A DNA stretch of 64,000 nt, taken from NCBI GenBank assembly GCA_035762345.1, contig DASTPE010000107.1, positions 3,701 through 67,700 of the forward strand. Reading direction: 5' to 3'. Made by a program: the position numbers and the translations under genes. The first letter of the stretch is position 1, and every line of letters starts with the position of its first letter. The notes under the pieces are model-generated. The model was given only the letters and a program-made list of their open reading frames with translations, did no database searches and had not been told where the DNA came from. Shown here in pieces: positions 27,654-36,742 of this stretch. Source of the DNA: Burkholderiales bacterium (GTDB lineage Bacteria > Pseudomonadota > Gammaproteobacteria > Burkholderiales > SG8-39).

Positions 27654-28619
27654 TCAGTCGGCGCGGATGTTGTTGTCCTTCACGACCTTGCCCCAGCGCT
27701 GCATCTCCGCAACGATCCACTTCTGCAGCTCTTCGGGAGAGCTCACGATGAGCTCCATGCCGAGGTTCTCGGTAAGCGTCTTGCGCACGTCGGGAAGGTT
27801 GAGCGCCTTCTTTAGCTCGGCATGGAATTTGTCGAGGACAGGCTTCGGCGTGCCGGCGGGCGCGAGCACGCCCCACCAAGCGTGCGCGGTGACGCCGGGA
27901 ATCCCCTGCTCCACCAGCGTGGGCACGTCGGGAAGGCTCGCCGCACGCTTATCGCCGGTAGTCGCGACGGCGCGCACCTTCCCGCTGCGCACGTGCGGCG
28001 TGAGCAGCGCCGCCGAGCCGATGCCGAGGTCCACCTGCCCGCCGAGGAGATCCTGCGTCATCGGGCCGCCGCCCTTATACGGAATGTGAGTCACCTGGAA
28101 GCCGCCCACCTGCTGCGCGAGCGCGAGCGTGAGATGCCCGAGCGTACCGTTTCCGATCGAGCCGACGCTCACCGAGTTCGGCTTGGTCTTGGACGCTTTC
28201 ACCACGTCGGCGAAGCTCTGGTAGGGCCGCGACGGGTGCGCGACGATAGCGTACGGCGCGGTGCCGACCAGCATCACCGGCGCGAAGTCCTTGAGCGTAT
28301 CGAACGGCACGTTCGCCACGAGCGCCGGGTTGACCGCGTGGTTGTCGAACACGAAGAGGAAGGTGTAGCCGTCGGGCGCGGCCTTCGCTGCGACGCCGGT
28401 CCCAACCAGCCCGCCTGCGCCGGCGCGGTTTTCGACCACGAAAGCCTGGCCGAGCGGCTCGGTGAGCTTCGCGCCCACCATGCGCGCCAGCGGATCCACC
28501 GTGCCACCCGGCGGATAGGGCACGATGAACTTCACCGGCTTGGTCGGCCAGGTTTGTGAGTTGGAATTGAAGGAAACGAGTGCGAAAAGGACTACCAGGA
28601 AAATTCTAAAAGCCGACAT
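27654..28619 (-). CDS. Bug-family TTT substrate-binding protein
   Basis: Signal peptide, then WPTKPVKFIVPYPPGGTVDPLAR. C-terminus MQRWGKVVKDNNIRAD. Confidence 0.9.
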   Translation of the reverse strand: MSAFRIFLVVLFALVSFNSNSQTWPTKPVKFIVPYPPGGTVDPLARMVGAKLTEPLGQAFVVENRAGAGGLVGTGVAAKAAPDGYTFLFVFDNHAVNPALVANVPFDTLKDFAPVMLVGTAPYAIVAHPSRPYQSFADVVKASKTKPNSVSVGSIGNGTLGHLTLALAQQVGGFQVTHIPYKGGGPMTQDLLGGQVDLGIGSAALLTPHVRSGKVRAVATTGDKRAASLPDVPTLVEQGIPGVTAHAWWGVLAPAGTPKPVLDKFHAELKKALNLPDVRKTLTENLGMELIVSSPEELQKWIVAEMQRWGKVVKDNNIRAD

Positions 28620-29541
28620 TGCGCCCTCCTTTGAGCTTCAGCATCTCGCGCGCCTCGTTCGGCGTCGCCACCGCGAGGCCGAGCTCCTCGAGCAGGCGCT
28701 TCGCCTTGGCGACCTGCTCGGCGTTTGATTTGGCGAGCTGGCCGCGGCCGAGCCACAGGCTGTCCTCGAGGCCGACCCGTACGTTGCCGCCCATGACCGC
28801 AGACATCGCCGCGATGAACATCTGGTTGCGGCCGGCGCCGAGCACCGACCAGTGGTAGGCATCGCCGAACAGGCGGTCCGCGGTGCGCTTCATGTGCAGC
28901 ACGTCTTCGGGATGCGGGCCGATGCCGCCGCGGATGCCGAAGACCGACTGGATGAAAAGCGGCGGCTTGAGGAGCCGCCGGTCGAGAAAGTGCGCCGCGG
29001 TGTAGAGATGGCCGATGTCATAGCACTCGACTTCAAAACGCGTCTCGTTCTCGGCGCAGCTTTGCAGGATGTAGGCGATGTCCTTGAAGGTGTTCTTGAA
29101 GATGCGGTCATCCGATCCGGCAAGATAAGGCCGCTCCCACGGATGCTTGAGCTCCCTGTAGCGCGCGAGCATCTCGTAAAGGCCGAAGTTCATCGAGCCC
29201 ATGTTGAGCGAGGCGACCTCGGGCTTGAGCTGCAGCGCGGGCTGCAGGCGCTCCTCGATCGTCATCGTGGCCGCGCCGCCGGTGGTGAGGTTGAGCACCA
29301 CGTCGCTCGCCGCCTTGATCTTCGTGGCGAACTGGCGGAAGAGCTCCGGGTCCTGCGTCGGGCTGCCGTCCTTCGGGTCGCGCGCGTGCAGGTGCACGAT
29401 CGCTGCGCCCGCCTTGGCGGCCTCGATCGATGCCTGGGCTATTTCCTCCGGCGTCACCGGCAAGTACGGCGACATGCTCGGCGTGTGGATCGAGCCGGTC
29501 ACTGCACAAGTAATGATGACCTTGCCCTGCGCTGCGGCCAT
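28606..29541 (-). CDS. 3-keto-5-aminohexanoate cleavage enzyme family (BKACE/DUF849)
   Basis: VIITCAVTGSIHTPSMSPYLPVTPEEIA...AAIVHLHARDP...LNLTTGG is typical of BKACE. Confidence 0.85.
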   Translation of the reverse strand: MAAAQGKVIITCAVTGSIHTPSMSPYLPVTPEEIAQASIEAAKAGAAIVHLHARDPKDGSPTQDPELFRQFATKIKAASDVVLNLTTGGAATMTIEERLQPALQLKPEVASLNMGSMNFGLYEMLARYRELKHPWERPYLAGSDDRIFKNTFKDIAYILQSCAENETRFEVECYDIGHLYTAAHFLDRRLLKPPLFIQSVFGIRGGIGPHPEDVLHMKRTADRLFGDAYHWSVLGAGRNQMFIAAMSAVMGGNVRVGLEDSLWLGRGQLAKSNAEQVAKAKRLLEELGLAVATPNEAREMLKLKGGRNVGF

Positions 29542-29574
29542 TTCTTCCTCCGAAGCTGCTGATTCTAGTAAACC

Positions 29575-29645
29575 TAATTCAGGGTCAGGGTCACAATTAG
29601 GTTTTCCCGTACGTAAAAACGAGTTGCGACCCTGACCCCGAATTC
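29575..29645. repeat. REP/MITE-like palindromic element, copy C
   Basis: TAATTCAGGGTCAGGGTCACAATTAGGTTTTCCCGTACGTAAAAACGAGTTGCGACCCTGACCCCGAATTC. Its right end supplies the TGA stop (29644-29646, minus strand) of the SDR gene. Confidence 0.85.
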
Positions 29646-30420
29646 ACACCAGGTAGCGGGTCCCGCCGCAGACCGAGAGTGCCTGGCCGGAGATGTGCTT
29701 CCCGGGCGCGGTGGCGAGGAACAGCGCGACGTTGGCGATGTCCTGCGCTGTTACGGTGGTCTTCATGCTCACGCCTTCGACCATCTTCGTCCGCACTTGC
29801 TCCTCCGCCACGCCGAGCGCCTTGGCCTTGGCCGCGATCACCCGGTCGATGCGCTCGCCCTCGACGATGCCGGGCTGGATGCAGTTGACGCGCACCCTGT
29901 CGGGGCCGGCTTCGGCGGCGAGGCTCTCCGTGAAGCCGACGATCGCCCACTTCGCCGCCGAATAGGGCGTGCGCATGGGGAAGGCGAGCCGGCCCGCCGC
30001 CGAGGACAGGTTGATGATGCTGCCGCCGCCCGCCTCCTTGATGAGGGGCATGGCCTTGCGTGTGCAGTAGAACATGCCGTTCAGATCCACCGCGATGCAG
30101 CGGTCCCAGTCCTCGGGCTTGATGTCCTCGACCTTGGCCGTGGGTCCGGCGATGCCGGCGTTATTGACCAGGACGTCTAGGCCGCGCAGCGACTTTTCCA
30201 CGTCCTTGAACAGCCGCTCGACGTCCTCGAGCTTCGCCACGTCGGCCACGGTCTGCGTGACGGTGGGCAGCTGCTTCTTCGTGCCGGCGAGCGCTTTTTC
30301 GTCGATGTCGCAAATGTGCACGCGCGCCCCGTGCTCTACGAAGGTGCGCGCCATGACGCGGCCGATCCCGGCCGCCCCGGCGGTCACCAGCACGCGCAGG
30401 CCTTTGGCGGAGAACTCCAT
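29644..30420 (-). CDS. SDR-family oxidoreductase
   Basis: TAGAAGIG cofactor motif, NNAG, and the YSAAK catalytic Tyr/Lys. Confidence 0.85.
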   Translation of the reverse strand: MEFSAKGLRVLVTAGAAGIGRVMARTFVEHGARVHICDIDEKALAGTKKQLPTVTQTVADVAKLEDVERLFKDVEKSLRGLDVLVNNAGIAGPTAKVEDIKPEDWDRCIAVDLNGMFYCTRKAMPLIKEAGGGSIINLSSAAGRLAFPMRTPYSAAKWAIVGFTESLAAEAGPDRVRVNCIQPGIVEGERIDRVIAAKAKALGVAEEQVRTKMVEGVSMKTTVTAQDIANVALFLATAPGKHISGQALSVCGGTRYLV

Positions 30421-30458
30421 GCGGCCGCATAATACACGCGGGGTCAGGGGCGAAAGCG

Positions 30459-31574
30459 GTGCCAGAACAAGAACGCAAGCGAAGCTTGGTATCGATCGAG
30501 CAGGAAGAGCTGCGGGGGATCTCGCGCACCGTAGCCGAGATCCATTGGCTCCTCCTCATCCTGGTGCTGCTTTACCTCGTGTTCGGCGGCGAGCGGCCCG
30601 ATGCCGATGCGGAGTCGGAAGCCGCCGTGGCGGCGGGGCTCTTCTTCTACGCCGCGATGGTGATGAGCTTTCGCTACGCGAACTTCTACAAGCGCGAGAC
30701 GCGCTGGAAGATCTCCGTCGAGGCGCTCGGCATGATCAGCTTCATCACCTGGGTACTCTGGTATACCGAGCGGCTGGAGAGCCCGCTCGTCAACCTATAT
30801 CTCCTGCCGGTGATCACCTCGGCGCTCACGCTCGGCAAGCTTGCCACGCTCGCCAACGTCGCGCTTGTCGCCGCTTGCTACCTCTTTCTCGGTAGCGAAT
30901 CGATCCTCGACATGATGTGGCTGCGCTTCGTCGCCGGGTTCGCCGCACAGCTCGCGCCCGTGCTGCTCGTCGCCTACATCACGACCATGTTTTCGGCCGA
31001 CATCCGCTACGGCCTGCAGCACGCCAAGCTTCTCTCGGAAACCGACGATCTCACCGGGCTCTTCAATACCCGTGGCTTCGCCATCGCCGCGAACCGCCTC
31101 TTCGGGCAGGCGACGCGTTACGGCCGGCCGGCGAGCCTGCTGATGATCGACTCCGACAATCTCAAGCACGTGAACGACGCGCACGGCCACGAGGCCGGCA
31201 ACCAGCTGCTGCGCCAGCTGGCGAACGCGGTGCAAGCCGAGCTGCGCGCTAGCGACGTGCCGGCGCGCTACGGCGGGGACGAGTTCATCGTGCTGCTGCC
31301 CGAGACGCCGTCGAAAGGGGCCCTGGATGTCGCCGAGCGCATCCGCAACACCATCGCGTCGCGCCCGCTCGCCATCGACGGCCATCACGTCACCGCGACC
31401 GTCAGTATCGGCATCGCCTGCTATCCCGAGGACGGCCGGACGCTGGATGCGCTCGCCGAGCGCGCGGACCGTGCGCTCTACCAGGCAAAGCAGGACGGAC
31501 GAAACCGGGTGGCGCGCTCCGCCGCGGCAGTCGAGCCCAGCCTAGCCGCGCCCGCTAAGCCAGCTTCACTTTGA
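30459..31574 (+). CDS. Membrane-anchored diguanylate cyclase (GGDEF)
   Basis: GTG start. About 5-6 N-terminal TM helices. RYGGDEFIVLL active site. No EAL domain. Confidence 0.85.
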   Translation: MPEQERKRSLVSIEQEELRGISRTVAEIHWLLLILVLLYLVFGGERPDADAESEAAVAAGLFFYAAMVMSFRYANFYKRETRWKISVEALGMISFITWVLWYTERLESPLVNLYLLPVITSALTLGKLATLANVALVAACYLFLGSESILDMMWLRFVAGFAAQLAPVLLVAYITTMFSADIRYGLQHAKLLSETDDLTGLFNTRGFAIAANRLFGQATRYGRPASLLMIDSDNLKHVNDAHGHEAGNQLLRQLANAVQAELRASDVPARYGGDEFIVLLPETPSKGALDVAERIRNTIASRPLAIDGHHVTATVSIGIACYPEDGRTLDALAERADRALYQAKQDGRNRVARSAAAVEPSLAAPAKPASL

Positions 31575-32130
31575 ACGTGCTCTCGGTGCGCCGCGCCGGA
31601 TCGAACTGCGAGCGCTCGGTGTGGTTGACGTGCTTGCCGTACACGTGGAGCGAGAGCGTGACTTGCTTCGACTCGTTAACCACACTGTGGATCGCCCCGG
31701 CCGGCATCGCGACCACGTCGCCGCGGTCGGCGAGTTTCTCGCCGATCCTGCGCAACTCCGCGTAGCCGGGGCGCGTGCGGTCGTCGGCGCGCTCCCAGAA
31801 GACATTCTTCTCCGCGCCGTCCACGCCGACGATGACCGCCCAGGTGCCATGGTCGTGGGGCGGCGTGCCGCGGGAAGGCAGCCAACTCACCGCAAACACC
31901 GCGAGCGTGTGGTCGGGTTCCTCGTGCAGCACGTGTACGCCGAAACCCTGGTCGGGATCGGCCTCGTAGTACTTGCGCTGCACCCAGCCTTCGGCCAAGG
32001 CAAACTGCGGCGCCAGGCGGCGCACACGCGACAGCATCTCCCGCTCGTCCTTGGATTCGCTTCGGGTACGCCGCAGCTCCGCTAGGAATCGGTTCAAGGT
32101 GAGCGGCTCGATTGCGGTGGCGGCTTTCAT
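31555..32130 (-). CDS. Cysteine dioxygenase type I-like cupin (thiol dioxygenase family)
   Basis: GTPPHDHGTWAVIVGVDG...HSV cupin His ligands in the arrangement seen in bacterial CDO/3-mercaptopropionate dioxygenase homologues. Confidence 0.65.
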   Translation of the reverse strand: MKAATAIEPLTLNRFLAELRRTRSESKDEREMLSRVRRLAPQFALAEGWVQRKYYEADPDQGFGVHVLHEEPDHTLAVFAVSWLPSRGTPPHDHGTWAVIVGVDGAEKNVFWERADDRTRPGYAELRRIGEKLADRGDVVAMPAGAIHSVVNESKQVTLSLHVYGKHVNHTERSQFDPARRTESTFKVKLA

Positions 32131-33029
32131 AACTTGAGCTCCCAGTACTCTCCGACCAGTCTAACTCCGAACTCCCGGTGCGGCCGCCGCTTTACCCGTT
32201 TGAATCCGCTTTTGGCATAAATCGCCCGCGCCGCCGCGAGGTTGGACTGCGTCCACAGCACCAGCTTGCGGTAACCTTTGCCACGCGCGAAGGCGATGCA
32301 CTCCTCCACGAGCCGCTTGCCGAGCCCGCGGCCGCGGGCTTTCGGCTCCACGATCAGCAATCTCAGCTTCGCGACCGCCCGGGACTGCTTGACGACGAAG
32401 ACCGAGCCGACCGGCTCGCCGGCCATCTCGGCGATCCAGCAGCGCTCGCGGGACGGATCGAGGTTGTCCAAGAAATCTTTTGCTATTCCGGCGACAAGGG
32501 ATTCGAAGCGTTCGTCCCAGCCGTACTCCGCGTAGTAGAGCCGCCCGTGCGCCTGCACTACCCATCCCATGTCGCCCGAGCGGTGGCCGCGGAGCGTTAC
32601 TTCGGCCGGTTTGCGTTCTAGTACTCCCTCCACGGTTTCCAATGCACCCACAAGCCGCACTTGCTCGGGCGCGGCGAGCTTGCCCAGCATCCCAGCGACC
32701 TCCTCGCGCGAGCGGGCGTCCAGGCTCTGGTAGGCACGGCGACCCTTCGTGGTCAGCGAAAGATGAACGCGCCGCCCGTCCTGCTTCGACGCCTGGCCTT
32801 GAACTAGCCCCTGGCGACGCAAGCTCTGCAGGAGACGGCTGAGATAGCCCAGATCGAGGTCAAGATCCCCGCCGAGCTCGCTCGCGGTGCATTCGCCGCG
32901 CTGGCCAAGCTCGTAGAGCACGCGCGCCAGCGGCAGCGGAAATGGGCTGCCGAGGTAACCCGGCCGCAGCACGCCGATGCGGCGCGTGTAGAAACGGTTG
33001 AAGCGGCGCACTGCGTCTACGCGATTCAT
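32127..33029 (-). CDS. Fused MarR-type HTH regulator / GNAT N-acetyltransferase
   Basis: N-terminal winged-helix region (ARVLYELGQRGECTASELGGDLDLDLGYLSRLLQSL). C-terminal GNAT acetyl-CoA motif (ARGRGLGKRLVEE). Confidence 0.8.
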   Translation of the reverse strand: MNRVDAVRRFNRFYTRRIGVLRPGYLGSPFPLPLARVLYELGQRGECTASELGGDLDLDLGYLSRLLQSLRRQGLVQGQASKQDGRRVHLSLTTKGRRAYQSLDARSREEVAGMLGKLAAPEQVRLVGALETVEGVLERKPAEVTLRGHRSGDMGWVVQAHGRLYYAEYGWDERFESLVAGIAKDFLDNLDPSRERCWIAEMAGEPVGSVFVVKQSRAVAKLRLLIVEPKARGRGLGKRLVEECIAFARGKGYRKLVLWTQSNLAAARAIYAKSGFKRVKRRPHREFGVRLVGEYWELKL

Positions 33030-33328
33030 CGCTCGACCTCGTAGTGCCGGACAAAGTTGTCGTATTCGGCGAGGACCGCGCGCGCTTCGGGCTCCACCAC
33101 GGCGCGCTCGGGATCCGCGCCGGCAAATCCGCGGATGGCCGCCATCGAATCCCAGAAAGTCATCAGCAGGAATTCCACACCGCCGTGCGCCTCGCGCCGC
33201 AGCACGCGCACGTCACGATACCCGTCGATCTTCGCGAGCGCAGGCAACACGTTCGCACCGAGATGGCGCAGATATGCGTCGGCGTTGGGCCGGTCGGCCG
33301 CCATGCCTCTCCACAGCCGCACGATCAT
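33026..33328 (-). CDS. Antibiotic-biosynthesis-monooxygenase (ABM/Dabb)-like small protein
   Basis: 100 aa. MIVRLWRG...FLLMTFWDSMAAIRGFAG pattern typical of ABM ferredoxin-like domains. Confidence 0.6.
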   Translation of the reverse strand: MIVRLWRGMAADRPNADAYLRHLGANVLPALAKIDGYRDVRVLRREAHGGVEFLLMTFWDSMAAIRGFAGADPERAVVEPEARAVLAEYDNFVRHYEVER

Positions 33329-33381
33329 GGCGCATGCTCCGGCCAGATACTTGCTTTTGTCAAGTATTACATAATGCCGCG

Positions 33382-34134
33382 ATGGACCTGTTCGACCTCA
33401 AAGGAAAAACCGCGCTCGTCACCGGCGGGAATGGCGGCATCGGTTTAGGCATGGCCAAGGGTCTGGCGCAGGCCGGCGCTCGCGTGGCCATTGCCGGACG
33501 CGACAAGTCCAAGAACACCGAAGCCCTCAAGAGCTTCTCTGACGCAATTGCAGTCGAGGCTGACCTGAAGGATGAGAAAGCGTGCCAGGCCATGGTCGAG
33601 GAAGCCGCCAGCCGGCTCGGGCGGCTCGACATCCTCATCAACAACGCCGGCACCAATATCCGCAAGCCGCCCGAGGAGTACAGCGTCGAGGAGTGGAAGC
33701 TCATCCTCGATACCAACCTGACGAGCGCTTTCGTCGCCTCGCAAGCTGCCTACCCGCACATGAAGCGCGCGGGCGGCGGCAAGATTGTGAACATCGGCTC
33801 GATGATGTCGATCTTCGGCGCTTCGTTCGTCGCGCCCTACGGCGCGAGCAAGGGCGGCATCGTGCAGCTCACGCGCGCGCTCGCCTGCGCCTGGGCGAAG
33901 GACAACATCCAGGTGAACGCCGTGCTGCCGGGCTGGATCGACACCGCGCTCACGCGCCGTGCGCGCGCCGACATCAAGGGGCTGCACGAACGCGTGCTCG
34001 CCCGCACGCCCGCCGGCCGCTGGGGCCAGCCCGAGGACCTTTCGGGGATCGCGGTCTTCCTCTGCAGCAAGGCGTCCGACTTCGTCACCGGGACTGCCAT
34101 CCCGGTCGACGGCGGATATTCGTCGCAGGGATAG
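33382..34134 (+). CDS. SDR-family oxidoreductase (gluconate/2-deoxygluconate dehydrogenase-like)
   Basis: ORF 32998-34134 trimmed to ATG 33382. TGGNGGIG, NNAG and YGASKGG motifs. Confidence 0.85.
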   Translation: MDLFDLKGKTALVTGGNGGIGLGMAKGLAQAGARVAIAGRDKSKNTEALKSFSDAIAVEADLKDEKACQAMVEEAASRLGRLDILINNAGTNIRKPPEEYSVEEWKLILDTNLTSAFVASQAAYPHMKRAGGGKIVNIGSMMSIFGASFVAPYGASKGGIVQLTRALACAWAKDNIQVNAVLPGWIDTALTRRARADIKGLHERVLARTPAGRWGQPEDLSGIAVFLCSKASDFVTGTAIPVDGGYSSQG

Positions 34135-34143
34135 GCTGGGGAT

Positions 34144-34821
34144 TCAACGCGCAGAGACGCGGGTCGCCACTTGGTCGTAGCGCGACCCGTCGCTGTCCGC
34201 CACCAGCACGCGCACCGGCATGTTGCCGAGGGCGGTGGCGAGCCAGATTTCCAGACGCCGGTCCTCCGTCACGCGCTCGACCTTGAGGGCCTCGAACTCG
34301 CCCGCTGGCGTCGCCACGCGCTCGCGAGCGCCGAAGTCGTACACGTGGTGCGACACGCCCTTCCCGTCGACCAGGTGAAAATCCATCGCCTTGGTGCCGG
34401 TCGGAGCGAGGGCCAGCGCCAGCACGAACGAAATGCGGTCCTGCGCGTTCGGCGGTATGGGCTCGCGCTTTGTCTTGCCTTTGTAGCGCATGGTCAGCGT
34501 CTTTGCGCCCCAGTCGAACCAGGCGCGCGCGGTGTCGCGACCGCTGCGCTCGTCGGAGAATTCGATGGGACGCAGAAGGCTGCCGGCGACGGTTCCGGAG
34601 CTGGTGCGCGCCGCCTTGCCGAGCAGCGCATACATGCCCCGCCCGTGCCACTGCTCGGTCAGAGAGTAGCGGCCGTTCGCGTATTCGAGCGCGGCGCTGA
34701 TCTCGGCCATCGCCCGGCCGTTGCGCTGCACCTCGTAGGTGATCTGCATGCGCGCCGGGAGCTCGGCGTGCGCGCCAGCGGTGAACATGGCAAGCGCCAG
34801 CCAGAGCGCGCGCGGCGTCAT
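34144..34821 (-). CDS. DUF3108 domain-containing exported protein
   Basis: ORF trimmed to ATG 34821 (ATGA overlap with the arnD stop). Signal peptide MTPRALWLALAMFTAGAHA. ITYEVQRNG...YSLTEQ...LKVERV...EIWLA pattern recalled for DUF3108. Confidence 0.6.
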   Translation of the reverse strand: MTPRALWLALAMFTAGAHAELPARMQITYEVQRNGRAMAEISAALEYANGRYSLTEQWHGRGMYALLGKAARTSSGTVAGSLLRPIEFSDERSGRDTARAWFDWGAKTLTMRYKGKTKREPIPPNAQDRISFVLALALAPTGTKAMDFHLVDGKGVSHHVYDFGARERVATPAGEFEALKVERVTEDRRLEIWLATALGNMPVRVLVADSDGSRYDQVATRVSAR

Positions 34822-35702
34822 GCCTGGAGCGCGAGCCTGCCCGAGCGGCCCGCAATCTCGCCGTATACCACGTCGTGCTGCGGCAGCCGCGCCGGATCGA
34901 GCGAGGCGAACAAAGCGCGCAGCGACACCAGCTCGTAGCCCTGCGCCTTCCAGCCCGAGAGCAGCCCCTCGAACGCACCGAGGAAGGCGCCGCCCTCGAG
35001 CTCGGCGTGCGCAGTGAAGACGTGCTGGCGCGGCTCGGCCGTCAGCGCGAGGAGGTGTACCGCGACGTTGCCCTCGTCCAAGCCATCGCGCCCGACGAGC
35101 TCGTCGAGCGTCGGCAGCGTGGTCGGAAGTTGCGCGCAGCCGATCGCAGCCCCGTCCCACAGCGGGCGGAAGGCGCAGCGGCCGCGGGTATCGGACGCGT
35201 AATCGAAAGCGAGCTCCTCAACCCTCGCCGCGTGGCGATTGGTCTGCCAGCCCGCTGCCGCCCAGGCTCTGGGCTGGGTCCCGAACACCGCCGCGAAGCG
35301 CTCGCACCCCCGGCGCATTTCGCGCTCGGTCCAGCCGGCGTCGGCCCGCTCGATACCGTCCTGCCAGCGCACGTGGTCCCAGCAGTGCACGCCGGCCTCG
35401 AACCCCATGTCGCGCACTGCGCGCAGCGTCGCGGCGCAGCGTATGCCGATGTCGGGGCCGGGCAGCAGCGTGCCGTAGAGCAGCGTGCGCAGGCCGTAAT
35501 GCCGCAGCACCGAGGTGCGTCTCACTTTGGAGAAGAATCCCGGGCGGAAGACCCGCCGCAGCGCTCGGCCCGTGTGGTCGGGTCCGAGGCTGTAAAAAAA
35601 ACTCGCGCCCGCGCCGTGGCGCTCGAGCAGGCGCGCCAGACGCGGCACACCCTCGACCGTGCCGCGCAGCGTGTCGACGTCGATCTTCAGCGCGAGCTTC
35701 AT
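34818..35702 (-). CDS. arnD: 4-deoxy-4-formamido-L-arabinose-phosphoundecaprenol deformylase (polysaccharide deacetylase family)
   Basis: MKLALKIDVDTLRGTVEGVPRLARLL...GASFFYSLGPDHTGRAL closely parallels the enterobacterial ArnD N-terminus. Operon context. Confidence 0.85.
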   Translation of the reverse strand: MKLALKIDVDTLRGTVEGVPRLARLLERHGAGASFFYSLGPDHTGRALRRVFRPGFFSKVRRTSVLRHYGLRTLLYGTLLPGPDIGIRCAATLRAVRDMGFEAGVHCWDHVRWQDGIERADAGWTEREMRRGCERFAAVFGTQPRAWAAAGWQTNRHAARVEELAFDYASDTRGRCAFRPLWDGAAIGCAQLPTTLPTLDELVGRDGLDEGNVAVHLLALTAEPRQHVFTAHAELEGGAFLGAFEGLLSGWKAQGYELVSLRALFASLDPARLPQHDVVYGEIAGRSGRLALQA

Positions 35703-36742
35703 CCAACCAGGCGGCGGGCTTCGGCGATCTGGGTGCGGTAGGACTCGAAGATGCGGCGCAGCGCATCGCGCATGCCGACACGCGGACGCCAGCCCAGGTC
35801 GCGCTGGGTGGCTTGGATCTTCGGCACGCGGTTGCGCATGTCCTGATAGCCTGTGCCGTAGTAACGCTCGGCCGTCGTTTGGCGCAGGCGCACCCGGCGC
35901 GCGGCTTTCTGATACTCGGGATACTCGAGCGCGATCTCGAGCATCATCTCGGCAAGCTTGCGCACCGATATGTTGTTGCGCGGATTGCCGATGTTATAGA
36001 TCTTTCCCGTGGCGACGCCGCGCGGATTCTCGATGATAGCCATGAGCGCGCTGATGCCGTCATCGATATAGGTAAAGGCTCGCTTCTGCCGGCCGCCATC
36101 GACCAACTGGATGCGCTCGCCGCGCGCGATGTGGCCGAGGAACTGGGTGACGACGCGCGAGCTGCCTTCTTTCGCGGTGGCGAGCGAATCGAGGCCCGCG
36201 CCGATCCAGTTGAACGGCCGGAACAGCGTGAAGTCCAGCCCCGATGCGTCGCCGTAGGCCCAGATGACGCGGTCCATCAGCTGCTTGGAGCAGGCGTAGA
36301 TCCAGCGGTGCTTGTTGATCGGGCCGTAGACCAGCGGCGAGGTTTCCGGGTCGAACTCCCGGTCGGGCGACATCCCGTACACCTCGGAGGTCGACGGGAA
36401 CACCAGGCGCTTGCGGTGGTGCACGCAGGCGCGCACCAGCGGCAGGTTCGCCTCGAAGTCGAGCTCGAACACGCGCAGCGGGTCCTTGACATAGGTTGCC
36501 GGCGTGGCGATCGCCACGAGCGGCAACACGGTATCGCACTTGCGGATGTGGTACTCGATCCACTCCTTGTTGATCGTGATGTCGCCCTCGAAGAAGCGGA
36601 AGCGCGGCTCGCTGAGCAGATCCTGGACGCGGTCGGCCTGCATGTCCATGCCGTAGATTTCCCAGTCCGTGGACGCGAGCACGCGCTTGGACAGGTGGTG
36701 TCCGATGAAGCCGTTGACGCCGAGGATCAGCAAGCGCTTCAT
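35699..36742 (-). CDS. arnA: UDP-glucuronate oxidative decarboxylase, equivalent to the ArnA C-terminal domain (stand-alone)
   Basis: ILGVNGFIGHHL, VLPLVAIATPATYVKDPLRVFELDFEANL, FPSTSEVYGM and WIYACSKQLMDRVIWAYG are nearly collinear with E. coli ArnA residues ~315-660. Confidence 0.9.
   Translation of the reverse strand: MKRLLILGVNGFIGHHLSKRVLASTDWEIYGMDMQADRVQDLLSEPRFRFFEGDITINKEWIEYHIRKCDTVLPLVAIATPATYVKDPLRVFELDFEANLPLVRACVHHRKRLVFPSTSEVYGMSPDREFDPETSPLVYGPINKHRWIYACSKQLMDRVIWAYGDASGLDFTLFRPFNWIGAGLDSLATAKEGSSRVVTQFLGHIARGERIQLVDGGRQKRAFTYIDDGISALMAIIENPRGVATGKIYNIGNPRNNISVRKLAEMMLEIALEYPEYQKAARRVRLRQTTAERYYGTGYQDMRNRVPKIQATQRDLGWRPRVGMRDALRRIFESYRTQIAEARRLVG

Noticed and set aside
32998-34134. 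378-aa ORF giving the SDR a 128-aa N-terminal extension.
   Set aside because: The extension is Arg/Pro-rich and overlaps the ABM and MarR-GNAT genes on the other strand. The SDR Rossmann motif begins right after ATG 33382.
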